Shown: piece by piece, positions 41,502 through 51,560 of the stretch
Position numbering within the stretch: the stretch's first letter is position 1
How the letters are laid out: each line of letters begins with the position of its first letter
Assembly: GCA_963719935.1 (NCBI GenBank)
Contig: CAVRDY010000007.1
Span: 93,810-157,809 of the forward strand
Reading direction: 5' to 3'
DNA length: 64,000 nucleotides
From: an uncultured Actinomycetes bacterium
GTDB lineage: Bacteria; Actinomycetota; Acidimicrobiia; Acidimicrobiales; CAVRDY01
Program-made: the position numbers and the translations under genes
Notes under the pieces: generated by a model
What the model was told of the DNA's origin: nothing
Database searches by the model: none
The model's input: the letters and a program-made list of their open reading frames with translations, nothing else

Positions 41502-42001
41502 CAGCTTCCTCCCAATCGGTAGGTCTGGACGGCATGGGCCACGACGCGGCCCTCGTCGTCGGTTGCGGTTATCTCGGTGAAGACCAGCTCCCGGCCCCGC
41601 TTGACGGTGCGGGCGTGGCAGGTCAGGTCGGAGCGCTTGGCGGCGCCCACGTACTGGATGGCAAGGCTGACCGTGGAAGCCCGGGCTCCCCGGTCGAAGT
41701 CGTGGTGTGACCAGGCTGCGGCCGCGCCCGCGGTGTCGAGCACCGATGCCAGCACCCCACCGTGGTAGTAGGTCCCGTCGTTGGTCAGCTCTTCGCGGAA
41801 GGGCAGGCGCACGGTGACGTCGTCGTGCTCGTAGCGCTCGAACACCAGACCCAGCCAGCCCATGAAGGGGGTGGTCGGCATGAGCTCGGCCACGGCCCGG
41901 CGCCGACGCTCCTGTTCGGTGTCACTGAGCGTGTCGCTCGGCGTGTCACTGAGCGTGTCGCTCGGCGTGTCACTGAGCGTGTCGCTCGGCTCGCCGTTCA
42001 C
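41501..42001 (-). CDS. PaaI family thioesterase with N-terminal (SDTLSDTP)3 repeat
   Basis: PFMGWLG, YHGGVLASVLD, STVSLAIQY, KRGREL; RBS GGAGGAG. Confidence 0.9.
   Translation of the reverse strand: MNGEPSDTLSDTPSDTLSDTPSDTLSDTEQERRRRAVAELMPTTPFMGWLGLVFERYEHDDVTVRLPFREELTNDGTYYHGGVLASVLDTAGAAAAWSHHDFDRGARASTVSLAIQYVGAAKRSDLTCHARTVKRGRELVFTEITATDDEGRVVAHAVQTYRLGGS
41919..41990. repeat. 3x 24-nt tandem repeat in the PaaI N-terminus
   Basis: GTGTCACTGAGCGTGTCGCTCGGC x3. Confidence 0.95.
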
Positions 42002-42045
42002 TCGGCCTCTCCTCCGACTGTCACTGGTCCCGGACCCACCGGTAG

Positions 42046-42071
42046 GGTACTTGACCAAGCGGTCAAGTACC
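42046..42071. promoter_or_regulatory. Perfect 11-bp inverted repeat operator GGTACTTGACC-AAGC-GGTCAAGTACC
   Basis: Centred in the divergent intergenic region between paaI-nmo and an acyl-CoA dehydrogenase; TetR-type TTGACC-N4-GGTCAA core. Confidence 0.75.
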
Positions 42072-42117
42072 GGATCCGGGGGGATCCGGACCGCACCCGA
42101 GAGGACGAGGAGGAGCC

Positions 42118-43380
42118 GTGCGCTGGACGATCGAGGACACCGCCGAACAGGCCGAGTTCCGGGCCCGGATGCGGGCCTGGCTGGCCGAGGTGCTGCCAGC
42201 GGACTGGGTGGCGGCCGTCGACGCCGACGACGACGAGGCCCACGCCACGGCCCGCCGCGCCGCTGAGGGAGCGGGCTGGAACCCCTTCGTGTGGACCCGC
42301 CAGATAGGCGAGAGCGGCTACGCCGCCCCGCTCTGGCCCAGCGAGTACGGAGGGATGTCGGCTCCGTCCTGGGCGGTCCGGGTGGTGCGCGAAGAACTCG
42401 AGCGTCACCGCCTGCCCACCGTGAGCATCAACGTTCTCGGACTGGGCCTGGCCGGGCCCACCCTGATCGAGCACGGCAGCGACGCCCACAAGGAGCGCTA
42501 CCTGCGCAAGATCCTCACCGGTGAGGAGATCTGGTGCCAGCTGTTCTCCGAACCCGGGTCGGGTTCGGACCTGGCCTCGCTCAGCACCCGGGCGGTGCGC
42601 GACGGAGACGAGTGGGTGATCAACGGCCAGAAGGTGTGGACCTCGGTGGCCCAGTTCTCCCACTACGGGATGCTGGTGGCCCGCACCGACCCCGAGGTGC
42701 CCAAGCACGAAGGACTCACCTACTTCGTGCTTGATATGCACGCGCCCGGGGTGGACATTCGACCCCTCCGCCAGCTCACCGGCTCATCGGAGTTCAACGA
42801 GGTCTACCTGACCGACGTGCGCATCCCCGACGACCAGCGGGTGGGTGACGTCGGCGACGGATGGAGGGTTGCGCGCACCACCCTGATGAACGAGCGCGTG
42901 GCCCTTTCGGGCATCTCGCTCGACGCCGTGGCCTTCACCGGCGGCGTGCGCCGCGACCCCTGGGCGTCTTTCCTCGATTCGGTGCCCGACCGCTCCGACC
43001 CCCAGGTGCGCCAGGCCATCGCCCAGTTCTGGATAGAACAGCAGGTCAAGGAGGTCACTGCATTCCGGGCGGCCTCGGCCCGCCAGTCCGGCGCCCAACC
43101 CGGCCCGGAGGGATCCATCGGCAAGGTGTTCAACGCCGAGTACAACCAACGTCGCAGCTCGTGGCTGGTCACCCAACGGGGACCGGCGGGAGTGGCCTGG
43201 GAGCCAGGAGACAGCGAGGCCGAGGCCAAGGCCCACGCCTTCCTGCGGGCCCGGGCCAACACCATCGAGGGGGGCACCTCGGAGATCCTGCGCAACATGA
43301 TCGGCGAGCGCGTGCTGGGACTGCCCCGCGAGCCTGAACCGGACAAGGACCTGGCCTGGCGCGAGCTCCTGCGCAGCTGA
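42118..43380 (+). CDS. Acyl-CoA dehydrogenase (FadE-like)
   Basis: IWCQLFSEPGSGSDLA, NGQKVWTS, FNEVYL, ANTIEGGTSEILRNMIGERVLGLPREP. Confidence 0.95.
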   Translation: MRWTIEDTAEQAEFRARMRAWLAEVLPADWVAAVDADDDEAHATARRAAEGAGWNPFVWTRQIGESGYAAPLWPSEYGGMSAPSWAVRVVREELERHRLPTVSINVLGLGLAGPTLIEHGSDAHKERYLRKILTGEEIWCQLFSEPGSGSDLASLSTRAVRDGDEWVINGQKVWTSVAQFSHYGMLVARTDPEVPKHEGLTYFVLDMHAPGVDIRPLRQLTGSSEFNEVYLTDVRIPDDQRVGDVGDGWRVARTTLMNERVALSGISLDAVAFTGGVRRDPWASFLDSVPDRSDPQVRQAIAQFWIEQQVKEVTAFRAASARQSGAQPGPEGSIGKVFNAEYNQRRSSWLVTQRGPAGVAWEPGDSEAEAKAHAFLRARANTIEGGTSEILRNMIGERVLGLPREPEPDKDLAWRELLRS

Positions 43381-43431
43381 ACAGCTGCGCAGCTGTGCCG
43401 CGGCTCGCAGCGCCGCCGCTAACGTCCCGAC

Positions 43432-43761
43432 GTGCCCGAACCCCTGATCCCCCCTGCCGGCGGACCCGCCGGCGGACCCGGCAGCGGTGAGCCCGCGGTC
43501 GACCACCTGGGGCAACGGGTGCTCACGGGCACCGAGACCTGGTGGTGGTACCTCGTCGCCGGGGTCAGCTACGTCATCGCGGGCGTGTACCAGAAGTGGT
43601 TGCTGAACTGGATAATCGGCCCGGTCTGGCTCGTCGCCGTGGTGTGGGTCGGACCGCCCCTGTGGGATCGGCTTCGGGGGCGCCGGGATACCCGGGGCGC
43701 CGGAGGCGCCAGACGCGCGCCAGGTGCCGGAGGGGCGACGGGGGGTGACCCCTCGCCGTGA
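43432..43761 (+). CDS. Small membrane protein
   Basis: WWWYLVAGVSYVIAGVYQKWLLNWIIGPVWLVAVVW; leaderless start after TAACGT; GTGA-coupled to the next gene. Confidence 0.75.
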   Translation: MPEPLIPPAGGPAGGPGSGEPAVDHLGQRVLTGTETWWWYLVAGVSYVIAGVYQKWLLNWIIGPVWLVAVVWVGPPLWDRLRGRRDTRGAGGARRAPGAGGATGGDPSP

Positions 43762-44669
43762 GCTGGGCTGCCCACCAGTTCGAGGTCTACGCCATCGAGG
43801 CGCACCTCCCCCGCAAGATGCAGGGGCAGGTGAGCTTCTTCGGCATCTTCCTGGGCGACGCCACGCCCGATCTGCTCTCCAAGTTCTGGGTGTACGGCGT
43901 CACGATCGGCGACACGCACTACGGGGCCTCGGTGCCCCACCAGTGGCACCGGGGCTGGCCCGGCATGGGTATCACCCACACAGTGTTCATGGGAGCGCTG
44001 CTGACAGCGCTGCTGTGGGCATGGAAGCGCAACCGGGCCCTGACCATCGGCTACCTCCTGGGCTACGCGGCCCACGCCCTCACCGACGTGAACGACAGCG
44101 TGGGGACCGTGCTCCTGTTCCCGTTCTCGGACCTCAACTGGACGGTGGAGACCTGGGCCTACGCGGCCACCGTGGAAGGCGGGAAGTACCTCGACGCGGC
44201 GGCCTACTACTCGAGCCTGGGGCTGGTCATGGACCTGGTGTGGTTCGCGGTCGTGCTGGCCTCGTGGCGGGTGCTCACACGCGAGTTCTGGCGGACCCAG
44301 GTGGTGCCTGCCAGCCCCCACTCATGGGCGCGCCTCTCCCGTTTCATGCCCGAACGGGTGCTGCTGGCCGTGTACCGGGGTGTCTTCTTCTACGGCGTGT
44401 GCCGCCTGGTGGCCTGGAGCGGTTGGGCGCACCTGGTGGCGCGCCCGGTGATCGACGGGGTGAAGCGCGTCGGCTATCCCTACGACCTGACCTGGACCGG
44501 GCCGTGGTGGATCACAGCCCGGTCATTGCCCCACGTCTCGCCCTGGATCGTGCTGCCGGCGGTGGCCGTGCTGCTGGTGGCCGTCTACGGGACGGCGATC
44601 CTGCTGTGGGAACCGATGGGCAGGGCCCAGGCCCGGCGGGAAGCGACCGAGCGGGCTCGGCGGCCCTGA
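43758..44669 (+). CDS. Membrane-bound metal-dependent hydrolase (YdjM-like)
   Basis: PDL, WHRGWPGMGITHT, HALTD, LLFPF motifs with several TM segments. Confidence 0.8.
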   Translation: MSWAAHQFEVYAIEAHLPRKMQGQVSFFGIFLGDATPDLLSKFWVYGVTIGDTHYGASVPHQWHRGWPGMGITHTVFMGALLTALLWAWKRNRALTIGYLLGYAAHALTDVNDSVGTVLLFPFSDLNWTVETWAYAATVEGGKYLDAAAYYSSLGLVMDLVWFAVVLASWRVLTREFWRTQVVPASPHSWARLSRFMPERVLLAVYRGVFFYGVCRLVAWSGWAHLVARPVIDGVKRVGYPYDLTWTGPWWITARSLPHVSPWIVLPAVAVLLVAVYGTAILLWEPMGRAQARREATERARRP

Positions 44670-44908
44670 CCACCCTCGGCCACCCAACGGTCCGCGGCCC
44701 GCACCGGTTCGGCCCCCAGGACGGGTACGGGGTCGAGGTCGAGGTGCCGAAGGAACGCAACGGTGTTGGCGTCTCGGGCGATCGTGCTCGGCGGGGCCAC
44801 CAGGCCCACGTCGGCCAGCGCCTGGTGCAGGGGATCCTTGGCCATCGTCACGACCAGTGCGGCCGCGGCCGCCACCGTCTCGCCGTTGGAGACGCAGTTC
44901 ATGCACAT
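44585..44908 (-). CDS. Hypothetical protein with N-terminal CxxC
   Basis: MCMNC..DANTVAFLRHLDLDP; TAGGGT -10 6 nt upstream; overlaps the 3' end of the hydrolase. Confidence 0.6.
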   Translation of the reverse strand: MCMNCVSNGETVAAAAALVVTMAKDPLHQALADVGLVAPPSTIARDANTVAFLRHLDLDPVPVLGAEPVRAADRWVAEGGQGRRARSVASRRAWALPIGSHSRIAVP

Positions 44909-44951
44909 GGTGGCCACCCTAGCCGAGGCCCGCTCTGCCGCTCCGGCCCTC

Positions 44952-45788
44952 TCAGCCGTTTCCGCCGGCGCCTCGGGCTGGCGGCCAGGCGTAGGTGACG
45001 GTCACCGGCAGGTGGTCCGAGATCACCATGAGAGCCTCGACCACAGCCGGGTCGCGGGGAATCGAAGCGGCCAGCACCTCCACCTCGGAGGTGGCCAGCA
45101 CGGCATCGAGGCGTCGCACCGGTGACCCCGAGCGCGGCCCCGGAGGCCAGCAGGTGGCCCCCGAGCCCAGGCCCGCCGCCGGCCAGGCGTCCACCAGGCC
45201 CGCCCGTCGGAGCGGATCCAGCCAGACCGTCGCCGGGTCGTCGTTGAAGTCGCCGGCCACGACCACGGGCACCGGGCCAGCGGGGGGCACCGGGCCAGCG
45301 GGGGGCACCGGGCCAGCGGGGGGCACCGGGCCAGCGGGGGGCACCGGGTCGGCCAGGGCCGGAAGGCCGGCCAGCTGGGCCACCTCGGCCTGACGGTTTG
45401 ACTCTGCGCCGTGAGGGCTCAGGTGGACGTCGACCACCACGAGGTCCGCGCCTCCGGGCCCGGCCAGCTCGGCCACGATGGCGACCCTCCGGCTGAAGTG
45501 CCACCAGCGCCGCGGGTGGGTCAGAGCGATCGTGCGCGCCCGGAGCAGCGGAAGGGTGCTCAGCACGGCCAGCCCCTCGGCGGGGGACACCAACGGCCAG
45601 TGCTTGAAGGCCCAGTGGTGTGCCACGGCCCCGAGCCGCCCGGCCAGCCGGGTGGCCTGGGAGCGCTGGATCTCCTGCAGGAACACCACGTCGGCGTCCT
45701 GAGCCTCCAGGTGGTCGGCCACCGCGTGCAGGTCGGGACGTTCACGGCCGAGAAGGTTCCAGGTCACCACCCGTAGAGCGCCCTCCAC
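44952..45788 (-). CDS. Endonuclease/exonuclease/phosphatase (EEP) family protein
   Basis: VVTWNL, DVVFLQE, VHLS, VAGDFN, RLDAVL, SDHLPV. Confidence 0.9.
   Translation of the reverse strand: MEGALRVVTWNLLGRERPDLHAVADHLEAQDADVVFLQEIQRSQATRLAGRLGAVAHHWAFKHWPLVSPAEGLAVLSTLPLLRARTIALTHPRRWWHFSRRVAIVAELAGPGGADLVVVDVHLSPHGAESNRQAEVAQLAGLPALADPVPPAGPVPPAGPVPPAGPVPPAGPVPVVVAGDFNDDPATVWLDPLRRAGLVDAWPAAGLGSGATCWPPGPRSGSPVRRLDAVLATSEVEVLAASIPRDPAVVEALMVISDHLPVTVTYAWPPARGAGGNG
45267..45348. repeat. 4.5x 18-nt in-frame repeat (PVPPAG) just before the GDFN motif
   Basis: GGGCACCGGGCCAGCGGG x4 plus a partial copy. Confidence 0.95.
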
Positions 45789-45799
45789 GGATGCCGACG

Positions 45800-47059
45800 C
45801 TATCCCTGCCCGGAGGCAGTCGTGGAGGCGAAGGCGCCCGGGCCCGTGAACGCCCGTCGGTGCCAACGGCGGGGGGTGGTGATGAGGGCGCGGGGGTAGT
45901 CCTCCCAGAGCCACCGGGCGTAGTTGCGGCGGGTCCACTCGTTGCGGTCGATCAGCCAGAGGGGGATCCGGGTGCCCTTTCTGTGCTGGAGGGCCCGGGC
46001 CAGCCAGAGCGCCATGCGGTGGTCGGGCAGCAGGTCGCGGGTCACCCGGCGTAGGTAGGCGTCGGTGGCCACATCAGCGTCGGTGGGCCCGGCGGCCAGG
46101 ATGGCCTCGGCCGCCCAGCGCCCGGTCAGAAGGGCCGACCCGATCCCTTCGCCGGTCATCGGGTCACATGCCGCAGCCGCGTCACCCACCCAGAGCGCAC
46201 GACCCGTCGCCACGACAACCCGGTCGACCCGGGTGGGGATCGGCCACGCCCGGGGTGGGTCCTCGAAGGTCACGTCCTCGCCCAGCACACGGCGGATGTG
46301 GGGGCGGTCCAACAGCTCGGGCCACCGGTTCTTCATGGCCGCCGCCGACCGGGGCTTGATCGGGGTGTCGGGCGCCGTCCAGATCCCCAGGCCGACGTTG
46401 GTGACCCCGTCTCCCAGGGGGAAGGACCAGGCGTAGCCGGGCAACAGGTCGGCGTCGAACCACACCACCAGCTCTCCGGCTCTCTGGCCCGACACGTTGT
46501 GGGCGTACTGGCGAAACGCGTACCAGTCGCCCCGGTAGTGGGGATCGCCCGCCCCGAGCGCCTTGCGGGTCGGGGACCACATCCCGTCCGCTCCCACCAG
46601 GTAGCGGGCCTGGATCTGCTCGTCCCCCGTCTCGCGGCCCTCCACCTCGAGGGTCACGCGGTCGGGCCCCTGGGAGGCGCCGACCACCTTCCGACCTTCC
46701 AGCACCCGGGCACCGCCGGCGCGGGCCAGGTCCAGAACGGTGGCATCCAACTCGGCCCGTCGCGCCACCGCTCCGTACCAGCCTGGACCGGGGGGCAGCG
46801 ACACGTGCACCCAGCGCCCGGCCGGTCCCCGGATGGCGAAGCGGTCCACGGGGGTGAAGGAAGGCACGGTCGAGGGGTCGAGTCCGAGGACCTCCAGTTC
46901 ACGCAGGGCCAGGGTGGTCAGCCCGTCGCCGCACGTCTTGTCGCGAGGGAACACGGCCCGGTCGACCACCACCACCTCCAGCCCGCCCCGGGCCAGGGTG
47001 ACCGCTGCGGAGGCACCGGCCGGCCCCCCGCCGACCACGACGACGTCGGCGACGGCCAC
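45800..47059 (-). CDS. Geranylgeranyl reductase family FAD oxidoreductase (MenJ-like)
   Basis: VVGGGPAG, FPRDKTCGDGL, GADG, GYAWSFP, GDAA..DPMTGEGI. Confidence 0.9.
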   Translation of the reverse strand: MAVADVVVVGGGPAGASAAVTLARGGLEVVVVDRAVFPRDKTCGDGLTTLALRELEVLGLDPSTVPSFTPVDRFAIRGPAGRWVHVSLPPGPGWYGAVARRAELDATVLDLARAGGARVLEGRKVVGASQGPDRVTLEVEGRETGDEQIQARYLVGADGMWSPTRKALGAGDPHYRGDWYAFRQYAHNVSGQRAGELVVWFDADLLPGYAWSFPLGDGVTNVGLGIWTAPDTPIKPRSAAAMKNRWPELLDRPHIRRVLGEDVTFEDPPRAWPIPTRVDRVVVATGRALWVGDAAAACDPMTGEGIGSALLTGRWAAEAILAAGPTDADVATDAYLRRVTRDLLPDHRMALWLARALQHRKGTRIPLWLIDRNEWTRRNYARWLWEDYPRALITTPRRWHRRAFTGPGAFASTTASGQG

Positions 47060-47060
47060 C

Positions 47061-48463
47061 TCAGGCGAGCTTGGCGATCTCGTCGAAGCTGTCGCGCAGG
47101 CAGCCCACGTACACCTCGGCATCGGGGATGGCCGCCGGGTCCATGTTGACCCCTATGTGAACGCGATCGAGGTATGAGAGCAGGACCACGCTGGTGGCGG
47201 CACCGGTCATGGGCCCGAAGGGGTACTGGGCCTCGGCCCGGGCTCCTGCGATGTAGACGGGGAAGGGCGCCCCGGGCACGTTGGAGGTGATGAAGTCGGT
47301 GCCCTTCAGCATCGCACCGAACACGGCGGTGCTGGCCGACGTGGGCAGGCGGTTCAGGATGCCGGCGATGGGTTCGGTGAGGGCGAGGGCCGGTTCGCCC
47401 CGCTCGTGCTCGACCAGCTCGCGCACGGCGGTCATGCGCGCGATCGGATCCAGGATGTCGGCGGGGACGCAGAAGCGGGCGGGCACGAAGTAGTTGCCGG
47501 CGGTCTGCTCGGTGTCGCTGGCCCGGATGTTGATGGGCATGGTCATCCGCAGGTGCGGTGCCACGGTCTGGTGGTGGCGGTGGTAGCGATCCAGGCCTCC
47601 CAGCACCGCAGCCACGAAGGCGTCGTTGAGCTTGCCGCCCACGATCTTGGAGGCAGCCTTGAGCTGGTCGAGGTCGAAGGTGAGAACCGCGAAGTGCACG
47701 CTCAGGGACCGGTCGGCCATGAGAGGGCTGAGCGGCGAGGTGGCGGGAGCCACCAGCCGGGCGGTGGAGCCGGCCAGGCGCAGGCTGCGGGTCACCATCC
47801 CCACCGGGTCGCCGACGGCGTCGAGGGCCGTGTCCACGAGGCCGCCTGCGGCGGCCCGGCCGTTCCCCACTGGCGGCGTCCCTCGTAGGCGAAGGCATCG
47901 ACCAGGCGGCGCAGCTCGTCCGGTGTGCCGGCGGGCGGAGCGTCGGGAAGGTCATCCTCGTCCCCGCTAGCGGGGTCGCGTTCCAGGTCGACCAACTCGA
48001 GCTGGAGCTTGATGCCGCCGACGCCGTCGGTGATGGCGTGGTGGATCTTCTGGATGATGGCGGCCCGGTCGTCCTCCAGGCCCTCGACGACGGTGAACTC
48101 CCACAGGGGCCGGGCCCGGTCGAAGCCCTGCATGGCGATGGGCTCCGCGAGGTCGAGCACCTCGCGGAGGGTGCCCGCGCCCGCAACGCGCACCCAGCGC
48201 AGGTGGTAGTGGAGGTCGAAGTTGGGGTCGACCTCCCAGCGGGGAGGTGCAACCGAGTAGGCGTGGCCCAGCACCCGTTGGCGTAGCCGGGGGACCACCC
48301 GAGTGGCACGGTCGAGGCGCCGGATGAATCGGTCGCGGTCGGGGGGCCGGTCCAGGACCACGACACTGGTGATGGTGGAGCGCAGCAGCGGGTCCTTCTC
48401 GATGCGCCACATGAGCGCGTCGGCGTCGCTCATGCGGGGTTCGAAGTCGAACTCATCTGTCAT
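47061..48463 (-). CDS. WS/DGAT wax ester/TAG synthase; frameshift near 47870
   Basis: FDRARPLWE, KIHHAITDG; C-terminus ITSNVPG in ORF 47061..47870. Confidence 0.92.
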
Positions 48464-48522
48464 GTGTGCAGTGTGGCCCATGGGGCGCGTCGGTGCATGC
48501 CCGTGCTCTCAGCACAGCACGC

Positions 48523-50451
48523 TCAGCACAGCACGCCCTCGGCAGGCTGGTAGATGGCGAACACCGTGTCCTTGACGGCCACCGGGTCCTCGTCGGCACC
48601 GGCCGGGCCGCCCCGGATGCGCTCGGCCTCCTCGGGGGAGTCGAACCAGCGGGTCCGCTCGGTGGTGACGCGGGTGCATCCCCCACCCAGGCCTCGCTCG
48701 CTCTGGCCGGTCTGGTCGGCTCTGACCCAGGGTGTCGACCACAGAGTCACCGTGATCGACGACTCGGTGTAGGTGGGCCAGACCAGCACCCCGTAGGGGC
48801 TCGGGTTGTGGATCTTCAGGTCGGGGCTGGGCCACGAGATCGTGGCCTCCCGCCCGTGCGGGTAGCGCGAGATGTAGATGGTGTGAGCCTGGTACTCGTC
48901 GAACTCGAGGCCGGCGAAGAATGCAGCGTTGAAGGCGGTGGTGGCGAACTGGGAGACACCGCCACCCACGTCCTCCACGAACACGCCGGCGTAGATGGCA
49001 CCCGCCTCCACGAAGCCCTTCTCACGGGTGCGCTGACCGACGTGCTCGTTGACCGACAGGCTCCCGCCCGGGGGGATGACCGCGCCGGTCATGAGGTCGG
49101 CCATGCGGTGGATGTTGGACACCCGACCTTCGCAGCATCTGTGGTTGGTGGTGAACGATGCCACCGGCTCGCGTATCCCCCAGCTCTCGGCTTCTTCGGT
49201 GGTCAGCTGGGGTTCGAGCACCTCCACGGCGAGCTCGACGCTTCCTGCCTCGGTGTCGAGCGCGGTGGCCAGCTGGGTGGGAGCCTCGGCGGTGCAGCAG
49301 GTCTGACCGGGTGCGCTGGGCTTCACGAAGACCCCGAAGCCGAGCTCGAAGCCGGCTTCGGTGGGCTCGACCCGCAGGCCGGCGAAGGTCTGGGAGAGCC
49401 ACGCCGCCACACGTTCGGGCTCGAGGCGCAGGGAAAGGGCATCGTCGCCCACGACGGGTGTGTAGAAGGTGCGCAGCACGTCTGCGGTGGCCTCCGCTGC
49501 GGTGCCCTGGACCGTCACGGTGAGCGGGGTTGCGGTGAGCCTGTCGGCTTCGGTGGCCAGCGTCTGGGCATCGGCGTCGGTGAAGCGCGGGTCCACCGGG
49601 ATCGGGTCCAAGGCCACCTCGAGCACCTCGTCCCCGGCGAGCACCGCGGTCTCAAGGATGGCGAGGACGTCGGTGGTCTCGAGCACCTCGCCCGCGACGC
49701 CGGGAACGACCTGCCAGCCCTCAGCGGTGGGCTCGATGCCGGGTTCGGTGGGGGCGACGACGCTGGCGGTGACCAGCGGGTCGAGCCGGTGGGTGACCAG
49801 TGTCTGGTTGATCTCGTAGACCACGGGGGAGGGGCGCTCGCCCACCAGGCCACCCGCCCAGTCGAGGGGTCGGTGCCAGAGCGGTTCGTGACCGCCGATC
49901 GCCAGCGCTTCGGCCACGGTGGCGTCGATGTCGATGCGTACGCCCACCTCCTCGGCGGTGAGGTCCAGGTTGCCAGCGGGGCTGGTCACTGCCACCGGTG
50001 TCTGGCCGAACGACGACGCCATGCCCGCGACCGCGGCCCGAAGGTCGGACTCGCTCAACCCGCTCACGTCACGCCCCCCGACGGTGACACCCCGGGTGAC
50101 CCGCTCGCCGTTGACCATCTCGTCGCCGGCCCAGGCCACCACCAGCACCAGGACCAGGGCGAGAGGAACGCCGGCGGCCGCCAGCCACCACCGCCAGCGG
50201 CGTCGCCCCTGGGACGGGGAGCTCGTGGTGGGAGCCGGAGGCGCAGGGGAGACCGTGGGGAGGGTTGCGGTGGGCGTGCCGGTGGGGTCGTCGGCTGGGG
50301 TTCCGGGAGATGTGGCGGTGGGCGTGCCGGTGGGCGTGGCGGTGGGCGTGGCGGTGGGCGTGGCGGTGGGCGTTCCGCCGGGTGTTCCGCCGGGTGTTCC
50401 GCCGGGCGTGTCTGGGCCGCTGCCCTCGCCGGGCGGGGACGCGTCGGTCAC
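48523..50451 (-). CDS. VanW family protein with TM anchor and PG-binding repeats
   Basis: Thr/Pro repeats, TM, GVTVGGRDVSGLS, GGGVSQFATTAFNAAFFAGL..H..YISRYP.GREATI. Confidence 0.9.
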   Translation of the reverse strand: MTDASPPGEGSGPDTPGGTPGGTPGGTPTATPTATPTATPTGTPTATSPGTPADDPTGTPTATLPTVSPAPPAPTTSSPSQGRRRWRWWLAAAGVPLALVLVLVVAWAGDEMVNGERVTRGVTVGGRDVSGLSESDLRAAVAGMASSFGQTPVAVTSPAGNLDLTAEEVGVRIDIDATVAEALAIGGHEPLWHRPLDWAGGLVGERPSPVVYEINQTLVTHRLDPLVTASVVAPTEPGIEPTAEGWQVVPGVAGEVLETTDVLAILETAVLAGDEVLEVALDPIPVDPRFTDADAQTLATEADRLTATPLTVTVQGTAAEATADVLRTFYTPVVGDDALSLRLEPERVAAWLSQTFAGLRVEPTEAGFELGFGVFVKPSAPGQTCCTAEAPTQLATALDTEAGSVELAVEVLEPQLTTEEAESWGIREPVASFTTNHRCCEGRVSNIHRMADLMTGAVIPPGGSLSVNEHVGQRTREKGFVEAGAIYAGVFVEDVGGGVSQFATTAFNAAFFAGLEFDEYQAHTIYISRYPHGREATISWPSPDLKIHNPSPYGVLVWPTYTESSITVTLWSTPWVRADQTGQSERGLGGGCTRVTTERTRWFDSPEEAERIRGGPAGADEDPVAVKDTVFAIYQPAEGVLC

Positions 50452-50603
50452 CGGACAAGGCTGGCACGGTCGCGGGCCGGTTTGAAATCACCCCGGGCCA
50501 TGGGCAACGCTCCGTCCGAGGTCCGCCAGGTGAGCGGGTCAGGACAGCGCCTCGTGGCGCAGGACGAGACAGCGCCTCCGGGCGCAGGACTAAGGGGGCA
50601 GAT

Positions 50604-51506
50604 GTGCCAGGTCTGTGTGAGGGGCGGGTGTGCGTCATCACCGGGGCCGGTCGTGGGATCGGCCGTGAGCATGCGCTGATGCTCGCCCAGCAGGGAGCCA
50701 AGGTCGTCGTGAACGACCTGGGTGGCGAGATCGACGGGTCGGGCAACTCCACCGGCCCGGCGGGTGAGGTCGTGGACGAGATCCGTGCCATGGGCGGCGA
50801 GGCGGTGGCCAACGGCGACGACATCTCGGACTTCGCAGGGGCCAAGGCCCTGATCGACCAGGCCGTCGACACCTTCGGAGGTCTCGACGTGCTGATCAAC
50901 AACGCCGGGATCCTGCGAGACCGCATGCTGGTCAACATGGACGAGGCCGAGTGGGATGCGGTCATCGGGGTGCACCTGAAGGGCACCTTCGCTCCCTCGC
51001 ACCACGCTGCGGCCTATTGGCGCGACCGGTCCAAGGCGGGCGAAGAGGTGGCGGCCCGCATCATCAACACCTCGTCGCCGTCGGGGATCTACGGCAACGT
51101 CGGCCAGACCAACTACGGAGCGGCCAAGGCCGGCATCGCCGCCTTCACGATCATCGCGTCCATGGAACTGGCCCGCTACGGGGTCACGGTCAACGCCATC
51201 GCGCCCGCCGCGCTGACCCGCATGACCGAGAACCTGGGCATGGGCCAGGCGCCCGACGAGGTCAAGGAACGCATGCAGCCCAGGTGGATCTCGCCGATCG
51301 TGACCTGGTTGGCCAGTGAGGAGTCGTCGGGAGTGACGGGCCGGGTGTTCGACGTGACCGGGTTGCGCCTGTCGGTGGCCGAGGGCTGGTCGCGTGGGCC
51401 CACCGTGGAACCGGTGGACGACCCCACCCTCATGGGGCCGCTGGTCGAGCAACTCCTGGCCGACGCCGCCCCCAACGCCGCCATGAACGGCGAGCGCCCG
51501 TCCTGA
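50604..51506 (+). CDS. SDR oxidoreductase (MFE-2-like)
   Basis: ITGAGRGIG, VNDLGG, NNAGILRD, GNVGQTNYGAAK. Confidence 0.93.
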   Translation: MPGLCEGRVCVITGAGRGIGREHALMLAQQGAKVVVNDLGGEIDGSGNSTGPAGEVVDEIRAMGGEAVANGDDISDFAGAKALIDQAVDTFGGLDVLINNAGILRDRMLVNMDEAEWDAVIGVHLKGTFAPSHHAAAYWRDRSKAGEEVAARIINTSSPSGIYGNVGQTNYGAAKAGIAAFTIIASMELARYGVTVNAIAPAALTRMTENLGMGQAPDEVKERMQPRWISPIVTWLASEESSGVTGRVFDVTGLRLSVAEGWSRGPTVEPVDDPTLMGPLVEQLLADAAPNAAMNGERPS

Positions 51507-51560
51507 TCGACCCGACCAGCCTCGACCAGATCAGCCTCGACCCGATCCCGGAGGACCACG

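Noticed and set aside
8346-43380. Complete cholesterol-degradation cluster
   Set aside because: FadA5/FadD19/IpdC-like family members are present, but there are no kstD, hsa, ksh or ipdAB genes and no KstR boxes; substrates cannot be assigned.
43758-44669. SOS control of the YdjM-like hydrolase (as for E. coli ydjM)
   Set aside because: No CGAAC-N4-GTTCG box is visible upstream of 43432 or 43758.
48523-50451. Vancomycin resistance locus
   Set aside because: VanW-domain proteins are widespread; no vanHAX or vanRS genes are present.
48466-50679. Long antisense ORFs (e.g. 48466..50679, 55359..57068, 23799..25136, 62198..62839)
   Set aside because: Shadow ORFs expected from high GC and codon bias opposite well-supported genes.
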